Under the pieces are notes generated by a model, which made no database searches, was not told where the DNA came from, and saw only the letters and a list, made by a program, of their open reading frames with translations. The position numbers and the translations under genes are program-made. Below, piece by piece: positions 1 to 8,751 of a DNA stretch of 64,000 bases (positions are counted from its first letter, which is position 1; each line of letters starts with the position of its first letter). Origin of the DNA: Candidatus Poribacteria bacterium (GTDB taxonomy: Bacteria; Poribacteria; WGA-4E; PCPOR2b); assembly GCA_965208325.1 (NCBI GenBank), contig OZ242326.1:1088001-1152000 (forward strand). The letters are read 5' to 3'.

Positions 1-135
1 GGTTTTCGTAATGTAGATGGGTGTTACCTTGTATCTTCCTTTTAGAGCGGCAAGAACCTGATGAGCCGTTACAATGGAAACTTCGTGCTCCGGCGAACGG
101 CCGCCGAAAATTACGGCGACATTTTTTTTCCGCAT
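1..135 (-). CDS. ddl: D-alanine--D-alanine ligase family protein, N-terminal 45 codons (runs off the window)
   Basis: Manual translation from ATG at 135: MRKKNVAVIFGGRSPEHEVSIVTAHQVLAALKGRYKVTPIYITKT, containing the Ddl N-terminal GGxSxEHEVS motif; lies downstream of a Mur ligase. Not in the ORF track. Confidence 0.9.
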   Translation of the reverse strand, partial: MRKKNVAVIFGGRSPEHEVSIVTAHQVLAALKGRYKVTPIYITKT

Positions 136-276
136 CCCCTTAATTGATTCCTTTCTTGGCTCGAAATGCTGCGCCTTGGCTCTGGAAGCGGTGACACTAT
201 GGCGTTGTCGTGAATTTACGCCCAACTATCACAAACCCCGGTACACTGATGATGTGTTCAGTGTTACCTAAATTGT

Positions 277-1950
277 TCAAACTCCCTCGCTGTAGCTGTC
301 TGGAAGGTCATTTTCAAATAATACTACATCGCCGGATTTTAAGATTTGCTTTAAAGATTCCGATGCTCGCGGCAGGCTTTCAACTTGCAGAATCTTCTCT
401 TTAGGATACCCAGCAGTTGCTAACCCCTCCAAGATGGGCTTGGTTTGCACGGGGCCGACCAAAATGACGAAATCACATACGTTGGCGGCTTCCAGGCCGA
501 AAGTTCGGTTTTCGTCGAATTCCATGTTACCTAGCTCTACCATGCCCGGTGTAACGAGGATTTTTCTGCCGTCACTAAACCCTTCTAACACCTCAAGCGC
601 CGCTTTAGCCCCCACCGGATTAGCATTGAACCCATCATCAATAACGGTTACGCCGCCAGCGCCATTGATTAACTGCAATCTGTGAGGAATGGGTTCGAGC
701 ATGCATGTTGCTTGGCGAACTTCATCCAACGTCAACCCACATTCTAAAGCAACTGTAGCAGCAGCCAAAATATTATAAACGTTATTACGCCCAAGCAGCT
801 TGGTTACTACCCTACAAGTTTCGCCCGAAGGTTTTTCGATAATGAAGGTAAGTCCGCTTCGAGTATTTTCAATTCCACGCGCCGTCAATCCGACCTTTTC
901 ATCGAGTCTATCCACTGCGTACCTGGCGGTTTTGATGGATGTTTTATCCGCAAGTTTGGAACAATATTCATTATCATCATTGAAAACCGCAGTGCCATCT
1001 TCAGGCAGTGACTCGATCAGCTCATATTTTGTGCGTGCAATGTTTTCAATGTTTTTGAACCGTTCCAGATGCTGCGCACCTACCGCGGTAAGTATCCCGA
1101 TTTCTGGGTATACTAATCGGCACAATTCCGCAATATCGCCCCTTTTATACGCTCCCATTTCTACTATAAATATCTCGTGATCCGCTTCAAGTTGACCCCT
1201 TATCACTTTGCAAATCCCCATAGGAGTGTTGTAACTGTCGGGAGTCATTAATACATTGAATTTTTGCGAGAGCATCGAGTTAAGAATGTACTTTGTGCTT
1301 GTTTTGCCATAACTGCCCGTGATTCCAATTACCTTCGGATGGAGATTTTTCATTTTTCTGCGGGCCGACCGTAGGTAACTTTGGTAAATAGTTCGCTCTA
1401 CGGGATAGATAACGAGATTGGCTGCGGTCAGATTAAAAGCGGCGAGTTGATTGAAAATAAATGTGAATATGAGAAGTGCCGTAAATTGCGGGTAAAGTTG
1501 AAGCGCCGATAGCCGCCATAAGGATAAACCGCCGTTTAACCACAAAAATGATAAGACCGCGACGGCGAGAAGTATTAAAGCTAGCCCAAATACCCGTTTT
1601 GCTCGCGCTGTGTAAACCAGAGGCTTCTTCGCTTTGAATCTATTCTCTTTTGCGGTAAAGTATGTTTCAATTGCAATCCAAGTCAAGATTATAAAAGGCA
1701 AAACTGGCGTTTTTATGTCAAAGGGAATGAGGATTAGTGTTAGAATGATAAGACAGCCAATAACTACAGTCTCACGGACATCAATTAACCGTTTCGGGTG
1801 ATTAATTGACCAACCCAAAAACCGTCCGCTTTTATATCCTTCTAATTGGAGAATATGGAGCGCACGAATGGTTCGAACAACTGCCCTCGCCAGCCACACT
1901 AAAATAGCCGGAATTACAAGCAGCGCAGAATAGTTGATAAAATCGGACAT
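277..1950 (-). CDS. murF: MurF-like Mur ligase with N-terminal transmembrane region
   Basis: GITGSYGKTSTK P-loop, SYNTPMG, EMGA, QHLE and DDGFNANP motifs; first ~185 aa contain several hydrophobic helices. Confidence 0.8.
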   Translation of the reverse strand: MSDFINYSALLVIPAILVWLARAVVRTIRALHILQLEGYKSGRFLGWSINHPKRLIDVRETVVIGCLIILTLILIPFDIKTPVLPFIILTWIAIETYFTAKENRFKAKKPLVYTARAKRVFGLALILLAVAVLSFLWLNGGLSLWRLSALQLYPQFTALLIFTFIFNQLAAFNLTAANLVIYPVERTIYQSYLRSARRKMKNLHPKVIGITGSYGKTSTKYILNSMLSQKFNVLMTPDSYNTPMGICKVIRGQLEADHEIFIVEMGAYKRGDIAELCRLVYPEIGILTAVGAQHLERFKNIENIARTKYELIESLPEDGTAVFNDDNEYCSKLADKTSIKTARYAVDRLDEKVGLTARGIENTRSGLTFIIEKPSGETCRVVTKLLGRNNVYNILAAATVALECGLTLDEVRQATCMLEPIPHRLQLINGAGGVTVIDDGFNANPVGAKAALEVLEGFSDGRKILVTPGMVELGNMEFDENRTFGLEAANVCDFVILVGPVQTKPILEGLATAGYPKEKILQVESLPRASESLKQILKSGDVVLFENDLPDSYSEGV

Positions 1951-1952
1951 GA

Positions 1953-2711
1953 CTATTTTCCCAAGAATCTAGAAACAATTCGGCAAAACTGCGGGAAATT
2001 ATCTAGATAAGAAAAATGCCCCGCATTTTGCAGAACGACCAATCCTGCATCTTCAATCTCTTTTTCCATTATTTTCGCATGTGAAATTGGCGTCGCCGTG
2101 TCTTTCTCTCCCCAGACAAGCAAAGTCGATGCTCTGATTTTGGGCAATCGCGGCTTTAAATCTTCATTGACGACTTTCACAAATGTCCCGCGCAATTCAC
2201 CTGCATCTTGATAGTCCTTCGAGCCGACCAATCTAGAAATAGCGTTCCTGCCTCTTTCTCCGAAAGTTCCGAATAGCTGCGGTGCAAACAACAGTTTTCC
2301 CATCTTGGCAATTGACACTCGCACACGGTATTTGACCGTACGCCGCGGTATTATTCCGGCGCTATCAACTAGGACTAGCTTTTCCACTTTTTCTGGTTGT
2401 TCGGCTGCTAGCACGATAGCAATCCGTCCACCGAAGGAATGTGCTATAATGTTGGCTTTATCGATTTGAAGCTTGTCGAAAAAGCCTAAAATTAATCTCG
2501 CGTAGTCACCGGCGCCCCAAGGACAAGGCGGCAAATCGCTGTTGCCAAATCCGGGCAGATCCAATGTATAGGTTTTATAATTGTTGATGAGATAATCAAA
2601 GACAGGTTTGAAGCTTTCTGAATTGCCGCCCCATCCATGAAGCAGAACGACAGATGCACCCGACCCTCCAACTTCGTAAAAAACATTTAGGCCGTCAATC
2701 TCGACATTCAT
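1953..2711 (-). CDS. Alpha/beta fold hydrolase
   Basis: LLHGWGG oxyanion motif, AHSFGG nucleophile elbow, GEKD acid, AGHF histidine. Start placed at MNVEIDG (ATG 2711) rather than 2765. Confidence 0.9.
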   Translation of the reverse strand: MNVEIDGLNVFYEVGGSGASVVLLHGWGGNSESFKPVFDYLINNYKTYTLDLPGFGNSDLPPCPWGAGDYARLILGFFDKLQIDKANIIAHSFGGRIAIVLAAEQPEKVEKLVLVDSAGIIPRRTVKYRVRVSIAKMGKLLFAPQLFGTFGERGRNAISRLVGSKDYQDAGELRGTFVKVVNEDLKPRLPKIRASTLLVWGEKDTATPISHAKIMEKEIEDAGLVVLQNAGHFSYLDNFPQFCRIVSRFLGK

Positions 2712-2922
2712 CTTTTCGCTCAATTGTAACGTACTAATCTTGCAACGGGTTGCCGTTAACTTCAAAAATTCCTGCCCACCTACTTAACGTTATTGGATCA
2801 CCTTTGTTCGGTTGCACCATAATCTTGCAAGCGGGCAAGTAGGCCAATAGCATTCGCGCTAATCGGTTTAGCGAAATTCTACGGCTAAAACCGGCATGGT
2901 CTGCACCGTCGGGGCAGGTTTT

Positions 2923-4407
2923 TCATTTGCTCAACTTCAACAGTTCAAGAGACGAGGAGGCAATTTCGCGGTCATCGAAATGGAAACGTTGCCCATTAAT
3001 TTCTTGATAAGACTCATGCCCTTTTCCCGCAATTGCCACAAGATCCCCGGGTTCAGCCATCTCTATCGCATGCTTGATTGCAGCTTTCCGATTCACGATC
3101 TCAACATGGTTTGCACCATTTGGCAATCCGTTTACAATATCGGCGATAATCAAATCGGGGGCTTCGGTACGCGGGTTGTCGGAGGTGATTACGCTGAAAT
3201 CAGCGATTGCCGTGGAAATCTTCCCCATCTTCGGACGTTTACCTGAATCTCGATCTCCGCCGCAGCCGAACACGCAAATTAACCGCCCGTTAGTAATCTT
3301 TCGTGCGGCCGCCAGAAGGTTTTCGAGACCGTCCGGGGTATGTGCATAATCTACAACCACGGCGAAATCCTGCCCTTTATCAACCCGCTCAAATCTCCCC
3401 GGCACTACGGTCGATTCTAGTCCTTCTTTGATTGTCTGAAGAGAACATCCGTGATGCAAGCCTACCCCAATTGCGGCAAGTGCGTTGTAAAGATTATAAT
3501 CGCCTAACAAGCGCAGTTTAACGCGAATGTTGCCCGATGGCGTCACGGCGGTAAAAATGAGACCGTTAAGCGTTGATTTCACGTCACGAGCGGTAAGATG
3601 GGCTTGGCGTTGGAGCCCGTAAGTCAAGATATTGTCGTGACCTACGGTTAAGTTTATTCGCTGTCGAATTAATTCATAAACTTCGTCATCCGCATTGAGA
3701 ATCGCCATCCCATTTTTCGTTCGAAGCTGCTGAAATAGCATGAGCTTCGCATTCAGGTAGTTTTCCATCGTACGGTGGTAGTCCAGGTGATCCTGTGTCA
3801 AATTTGTGAATACAGCGGTTTCAAACGTAAGCCCCGCCAACCGATGTTGCGCTAGTCCTTGCGACGACGTTTCCATGATGGCATACCCTATATCAGCATT
3901 AACGATTTTGGCGAATAGCCCATGCAAGACAAGCGGATCAGGGGTTGTAGTCGCCGCCGGAACGGTCACATCCCCGTAACGGTGACTAACTGTTCCCATA
4001 ATTGCAGATTTGATTCCAGCGGTTTTGAAGATGGAATGCACGAAGAATGCCGTTGAGGTCTTACCGTTTGTGCCAGTTATTCCGACTAGCTTCAGTTTAG
4101 CGGCGGGGGTACGGTGCCAATTGGCCGACATAACCGACAGCGCAATTCGCCCGTTCGGTGTTTGAATGTAGGTCGCATTTGGCGGAAGGTCTTTTGGGGG
4201 TAGTTTTTCACCGACTACTACATTTGCACCATTCTGAATTGCCCGTTGAATAAACGTGTGGCTGTCAACTTTAATACCTTCGTAACATATGAAGGCGCAT
4301 CCTGGCTGCACCTTGCGATGATCGCTAACAATGCAATTAACTTCTCGATCGAAATCGCCAACTGAAGAGAGTACGTCCACACCGCGGAGTAATTTTTGGA
4401 GATTCAC
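2923..4407 (-). CDS. murE: UDP-N-acetylmuramoyl-L-alanyl-D-glutamate--2,6-diaminopimelate ligase
   Basis: GITGTNGKTS, TTPD, NLTQDHLDYH, DYAHTPD, FGCGGDRD, DNPR (meso-DAP type) and GKGHE motifs. Confidence 0.97.
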   Translation of the reverse strand: MNLQKLLRGVDVLSSVGDFDREVNCIVSDHRKVQPGCAFICYEGIKVDSHTFIQRAIQNGANVVVGEKLPPKDLPPNATYIQTPNGRIALSVMSANWHRTPAAKLKLVGITGTNGKTSTAFFVHSIFKTAGIKSAIMGTVSHRYGDVTVPAATTTPDPLVLHGLFAKIVNADIGYAIMETSSQGLAQHRLAGLTFETAVFTNLTQDHLDYHRTMENYLNAKLMLFQQLRTKNGMAILNADDEVYELIRQRINLTVGHDNILTYGLQRQAHLTARDVKSTLNGLIFTAVTPSGNIRVKLRLLGDYNLYNALAAIGVGLHHGCSLQTIKEGLESTVVPGRFERVDKGQDFAVVVDYAHTPDGLENLLAAARKITNGRLICVFGCGGDRDSGKRPKMGKISTAIADFSVITSDNPRTEAPDLIIADIVNGLPNGANHVEIVNRKAAIKHAIEMAEPGDLVAIAGKGHESYQEINGQRFHFDDREIASSSLELLKLSK

Positions 4408-4463
4408 ATCGTGGTACCTGCAGTTTCAGACAGACAAATCGGGAATTACCTCACACCGTTCCC

Positions 4464-6188
4464 TCAATTCGTATCATAGCCGTTCGTGTTTCTTTGGGCG
4501 AAAAGATCCTTCTGGGTCAGGTAACGCATCACGGGATTGGCAATCTCCCGGAAAATTGGTGCAGCCACTCGACTACTTAGCGGTGCACCTGCGGGTTCGT
4601 CAACAACTACAATAATTGATATCAGTGGATCTTCGGCTGGAAGGAAACCTGCAAAACTTGTAATGACTTTGCCATCCACATACCCTCTACCTTTTTCCGC
4701 CTTCTGTGCCGTACCAGTTTTACCGGCTACGCGGTATCCCCCTACCCGTGCATGAAAGCCGCCGCCTAGTTCTGTGACCTTGACGAGCATATCTGTGATA
4801 ATCTCCGCGGTTTCGGGCGATATCACACGGCGCATCTTTGTCAGGTGAAAACGCTTTAACTGACGGCCATCTTTATCGAGAATCTGTTGGGTCACGTAAG
4901 GCTGTAGCAGCATTCCGCCCGTGGCGATTGCGTTCATGGCATTCAACATTTGAATTGCCGTCCCGGAAATTCCCTGGCCGAAAGGCACCGTAGCCATAGA
5001 ATAACCATCCCACTTGCGAAATCCTCTCAGACTGCCGTCTTGCTCGAAGGGCAAATCAATGCCAGTTTTCTGCCCAAAGCCGAACCGCCGAGTATAATCC
5101 TCCAACCGCTCCTTTCCGAGCCTACTCGCAATCTTCAAGATGCCGATATTGCTCGATTTTTGAATCACTTCCGTGAGGGTTAGCCAAGCGTTTGGCTTAA
5201 TATCGTTGATGACATGCCCATTCGGCAAACGGAATTTACCCATTTCGCAATACACTTCCGAATCAGCTGTCATAATGTTTTCGTTAATTGCTGCTGCCGC
5301 CGTGACAATCTTAAACACTGAACCGGGTTCATATTGCGCCCAAATCGAGAGATTTCGTTTGGATAACTCTTGACTCCGAGAATACTGGTTTGGGTCATAG
5401 TTAGGATAGTTCGCCATCGCCAGAATCTCACCGCTTTTTGAGTGCATGACGATGACCGATCCTGATAAGGCGCGCCACTTCTTACATCCGGCAATCAATT
5501 CCTTTTCTGCAATGTACTGGATGGACTCATCTATTGTAAGGACAACGTTGTGCCCATACGCTGCCGGATCTGGACGAAGATGTGAAATAGCACTTGCGCT
5601 GTCATCGGCATCCGACGCATCTGGTTTCGATACCAAAATTCTCGGCGTCAAATGAGAATTGTGTTGATGCTCGATCCCTTCAATCCCCCTGCTCTGAAAA
5701 TCCGTATACCCTACTATGTGGCACCCCAATTCATCTCTAGGATATTGCCGTTTTCCACCAACCTCATAATCCAATCCATAAATGTCTTTCGTCATCCCCC
5801 GAAGTTCCTTCAGCAGACTGTAGTCCAAATTCCGCGCGAGCACGACGTACTCTTTGTCCTTTTTCCGAAGTTCCGGCAGCAATTTGGACGCTGAGGTCTT
5901 TAACAAAGGTGCAAGTTTGCCGGCGACCTCGTGCGGTGTTTTTTTCATGACCTTTGGATCCGCAACGACTGAAACTAAGTCCTGGTGGATTGCAAATACG
6001 TTACGGTGCCGATCTACAATCTTACCGCGCTTAACTTGAGCTTTTGGATTAGTAATCCATAGGTTCACGAGGTGTGACTCGCGTTGAACATACTGAACCA
6101 GAAAAAGTCGGGCAATTAGCGCGACCATGCAAATTTCTAACACAATGAGCGTCTTTAAAATTCGAGAATAATATGCAGGTTTGAACAT
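4464..6188 (-). CDS. ftsI: Class B penicillin-binding protein (FtsI/PBP3-like)
   Basis: N-terminal TM helix, RGKIVDR, LTID, EPGSVFK (SxxK), SSN (SxN), KTGT; position between ftsL-like gene and murE. Confidence 0.92.
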   Translation of the reverse strand: MFKPAYYSRILKTLIVLEICMVALIARLFLVQYVQRESHLVNLWITNPKAQVKRGKIVDRHRNVFAIHQDLVSVVADPKVMKKTPHEVAGKLAPLLKTSASKLLPELRKKDKEYVVLARNLDYSLLKELRGMTKDIYGLDYEVGGKRQYPRDELGCHIVGYTDFQSRGIEGIEHQHNSHLTPRILVSKPDASDADDSASAISHLRPDPAAYGHNVVLTIDESIQYIAEKELIAGCKKWRALSGSVIVMHSKSGEILAMANYPNYDPNQYSRSQELSKRNLSIWAQYEPGSVFKIVTAAAAINENIMTADSEVYCEMGKFRLPNGHVINDIKPNAWLTLTEVIQKSSNIGILKIASRLGKERLEDYTRRFGFGQKTGIDLPFEQDGSLRGFRKWDGYSMATVPFGQGISGTAIQMLNAMNAIATGGMLLQPYVTQQILDKDGRQLKRFHLTKMRRVISPETAEIITDMLVKVTELGGGFHARVGGYRVAGKTGTAQKAEKGRGYVDGKVITSFAGFLPAEDPLISIIVVVDEPAGAPLSSRVAAPIFREIANPVMRYLTQKDLFAQRNTNGYDTN

Positions 6189-6209
6189 TTCTCTTTTGAT
6201 TTAAAATCG

Positions 6210-6509
6210 TCAGTTTTTGTCATCTTGAAGAATCTGGACAGGCTCGGAAGATTGAACCATGTTTAGTTTTTTCGCGATTTTATGTATATTCTTCACCGAA
6301 GTCAATTTCGCTTCCTGCCTTTCAAGCTCGCTGATTTCGTCGAGCAAAAAATGCTTGTGCGGCTCAAGTTCCTCGCGCACCTCTTCAATCGTTTTGTCTT
6401 GGTAGGAGGAAAACCATACTGTCACCAAAAACATGCTAACGAACAACGCCAGTACAAAGTACGCAATTGGAGTCAGTTTTTTCGATGTTCTCAATCTTCT
6501 ACGATGCAT
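6210..6509 (-). CDS. ftsL: Cell division protein FtsL-like
   Basis: 99 aa; basic N-terminus, single TM helix, coiled coil ending IHKIAKKLNM; syntenic between rsmH and ftsI. Confidence 0.7.
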   Translation of the reverse strand: MHRRRLRTSKKLTPIAYFVLALFVSMFLVTVWFSSYQDKTIEEVREELEPHKHFLLDEISELERQEAKLTSVKNIHKIAKKLNMVQSSEPVQILQDDKN

Positions 6510-6722
6510 GGGACCATTTTAAGAAGGAACTTAATGTTGATTTCCGCGCAGGCGCAAGATTCTGTTCAGTAAAGTACACGTAAGTAACTTGGTCCGTGTC
6601 GGGCATCACCTAATCTCTGACGGTGCGCATCGTTACTCACTACAAACCTAGTAACAAATCTCGGCGCGTGAAGCAGCCTGAAGCGTTATTATACCGTTGA
6701 TAATAAACGTTCAATCGGTGAT

Positions 6723-7697
6723 TTAAGATTCACAGATCTTCATTGCGGCGCGCAATTTCGCACTGCGCGAACGGGGGTTTTTCTGAATTTCATCAATCCG
6801 CGGGGTTATTGGACGTTTCGTCAAGATGTGGAGAGACGCTCGGTGGCGGCACACACAGATTGGCGATTTAGGTGGGCAAACGCAGTCACAAGAAAGTCTT
6901 TGAAACTGTTGTTTCACAATCCTGTCCTCAAGAGAATGGAATGAAATGACGCAAATGCGCCCGCCCGGCGCTAAAGCCTCCACGGCGCAATCTAATCCCA
7001 ATTGAAGACGCTTCAACTCATCATTGACATATATTCTGAGCGCCTGAAAGACGCGTGTTGCATTGTGGATTCGTGATCGTCTTGCTTTTGGAGGAATTGC
7101 ATCTTCAATTATCGCGGCAAGTTGAAGTGTCGTTGTAACGGGTTGGGTTCTTCGAGATTGAACTATTCGGCGAGCGACACTTCGCGCATTGCGTTCTTCG
7201 CCATAATTCCAAAAAATGTCGGCTAGTTTTTCCTCACTGCTGCTGTTTACAACCTCCTCTGCAGAAAGCGGGTGATTTGGGTTCATACGCATGTCTAGGG
7301 GACCTGAGCGCGCAAAACTAAACCCTCGAGTCGGCGTGTCAAGTTGCAGAGATGAAACCCCCAAATCAAACAACACGCCATCAACATCATTTAACGAATG
7401 TCTTTTGAGAATCACGTCCAGATTAACGAAGTCTTCATGAACCAAGGTGAATCGATCGTTGAATTCACCGAGTTTTTCCTTGGCAAGCGATAAGGCTTCT
7501 AAATCCAAATCTACGCCGAGGAGCCGACCGTCCGGACTACATGCCCGTAATATGGCAGCCGCATGTCCCCCCAGCCCAACGGTGCCGTCAAAATAGCGGC
7601 CATTGTTCGTAGGTTGCAATTGTTCAACGACTTCATGGACTAATACAGACTCGTGTATCGTCTCTGCTTTCCGCTGTGGTTCCTCGACCGACGACAT
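6723..7697 (-). CDS. rsmH: 16S rRNA m4C1402 methyltransferase
   Basis: HESVL, DGTVGLGGH, DLGVSSLQLD, RGFSF, PLDMRM, ISFHSLEDRIVK, NPRSRSAKLR motifs. Confidence 0.98.
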   Translation of the reverse strand: MSSVEEPQRKAETIHESVLVHEVVEQLQPTNNGRYFDGTVGLGGHAAAILRACSPDGRLLGVDLDLEALSLAKEKLGEFNDRFTLVHEDFVNLDVILKRHSLNDVDGVLFDLGVSSLQLDTPTRGFSFARSGPLDMRMNPNHPLSAEEVVNSSSEEKLADIFWNYGEERNARSVARRIVQSRRTQPVTTTLQLAAIIEDAIPPKARRSRIHNATRVFQALRIYVNDELKRLQLGLDCAVEALAPGGRICVISFHSLEDRIVKQQFQRLSCDCVCPPKSPICVCRHRASLHILTKRPITPRIDEIQKNPRSRSAKLRAAMKICES

Positions 7698-7763
7698 GAT
7701 TAGTGATCCTCGGCCAGCGTGGCCATCTGACCCTCCTAAAGTTTCATCATTAATGCGAAGTCT

Positions 7764-7791
7764 ATTATATCATAGGTGTAGACTGTGTCAA
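7764..7791 (-). promoter_or_regulatory. Sigma70-type promoter for the dcw cluster
   Basis: Minus strand reads TTGACA-N16-TATAAT with extended TGn, about 65 bp upstream of rsmH. Confidence 0.7.
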
Positions 7792-7818
7792 GCGAAAACC
7801 TTCCATCTTGCAATCCCG

Positions 7819-7847
7819 TTGACACCAATTTGCCGATATGATATTCT
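7819..7847 (+). promoter_or_regulatory. Sigma70-type promoter for the SDR gene (divergent from the dcw promoter)
   Basis: TTGACA-N17-TATTCT with extended TGn. Confidence 0.55.
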
Positions 7848-7953
7848 ATCTGAAAAAAATTATGAGCACACCTAACCTCAAGCGGATAATCCGTAGTAAG
7901 ACTTACGGTGTCTCAAGCAGTTTGCCGACGAACGCATAAGGGGAAAACGTGCC

Positions 7954-8703
7954 ATGCGGCTTGCAAACAAAGTTGCCATAATCACTGGAGGCGCCTCTGG
8001 AATCGGGCAAGCAACTGCCCTTCTGTTTGCGAAGGAAGGAGCGAAGATTGTCGTGGCGGATTTGAACGAGGAATCCAGCCATGAAACCGTAGAGCGCATC
8101 CGATTTGCGGGAGGCGAAGCCGTTTTCGCCCGCACCGACGTAACCTCAGCCAGGGACGTTGAAGAGATGGTGCAATTTACGTGCAGCGTTTACGGCAAGC
8201 TTGATGTGCTGTTCACCGGCGCCGGTATCGCAATGAGACTTCCCGTCGTGGATTTGCCGGAGGAAGATTGGGATCGCTGCATCGCTATCAATTTGAAAGG
8301 GATTTATCTCAGTTGCAAATACGCAATACCGGAAATGCTCAAGCACGGCGGGGGTTCAATTATCAATGTATCTTCAATTTACGGAATTGTTGGATCCAAG
8401 AACCGTGCCGCTTACCTCGCTTCCAAAGGGGGTGTTGCGAATCTGACTCGCGGTATGGCGCTTGACTACGCCGCCGATAACATTCGGGCAAACTGTATCT
8501 GTCCCGGTTTCACTGACACTCCGCTTGTTCGAGGCATCGTAAAAACACAGGAAGAATATCAATCTCTTGCAGAACAACACCCGATTGCCCGTCTCGCCAC
8601 CCCACAGGATATAGCCTACGGCGCATTGTACTTGGCGTCGGACGAAGCTGCTTTCGTTACCGGAATTACCTTGCCAATTGACGGAGGGTATACGGCGGGA
8701 TAA
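7954..8703 (+). CDS. Short-chain dehydrogenase/reductase (SDR)
   Basis: TGGASGIG NAD(P)-binding motif, YLASK catalytic motif, C-terminal IDGG. Confidence 0.95.
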   Translation: MRLANKVAIITGGASGIGQATALLFAKEGAKIVVADLNEESSHETVERIRFAGGEAVFARTDVTSARDVEEMVQFTCSVYGKLDVLFTGAGIAMRLPVVDLPEEDWDRCIAINLKGIYLSCKYAIPEMLKHGGGSIINVSSIYGIVGSKNRAAYLASKGGVANLTRGMALDYAADNIRANCICPGFTDTPLVRGIVKTQEEYQSLAEQHPIARLATPQDIAYGALYLASDEAAFVTGITLPIDGGYTAG

Positions 8704-8751
8704 ATTCACCCGCGCTCCATGCGTCGCACCTACAAGAGGGAATGGCTGAAA

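Noticed and set aside
2712..2922. Structured RNA leader between murE and the hydrolase
   Set aside because: Only short degenerate REP-like fragments and a duplicated TAATCTTGCAA are visible; no recognisable riboswitch.
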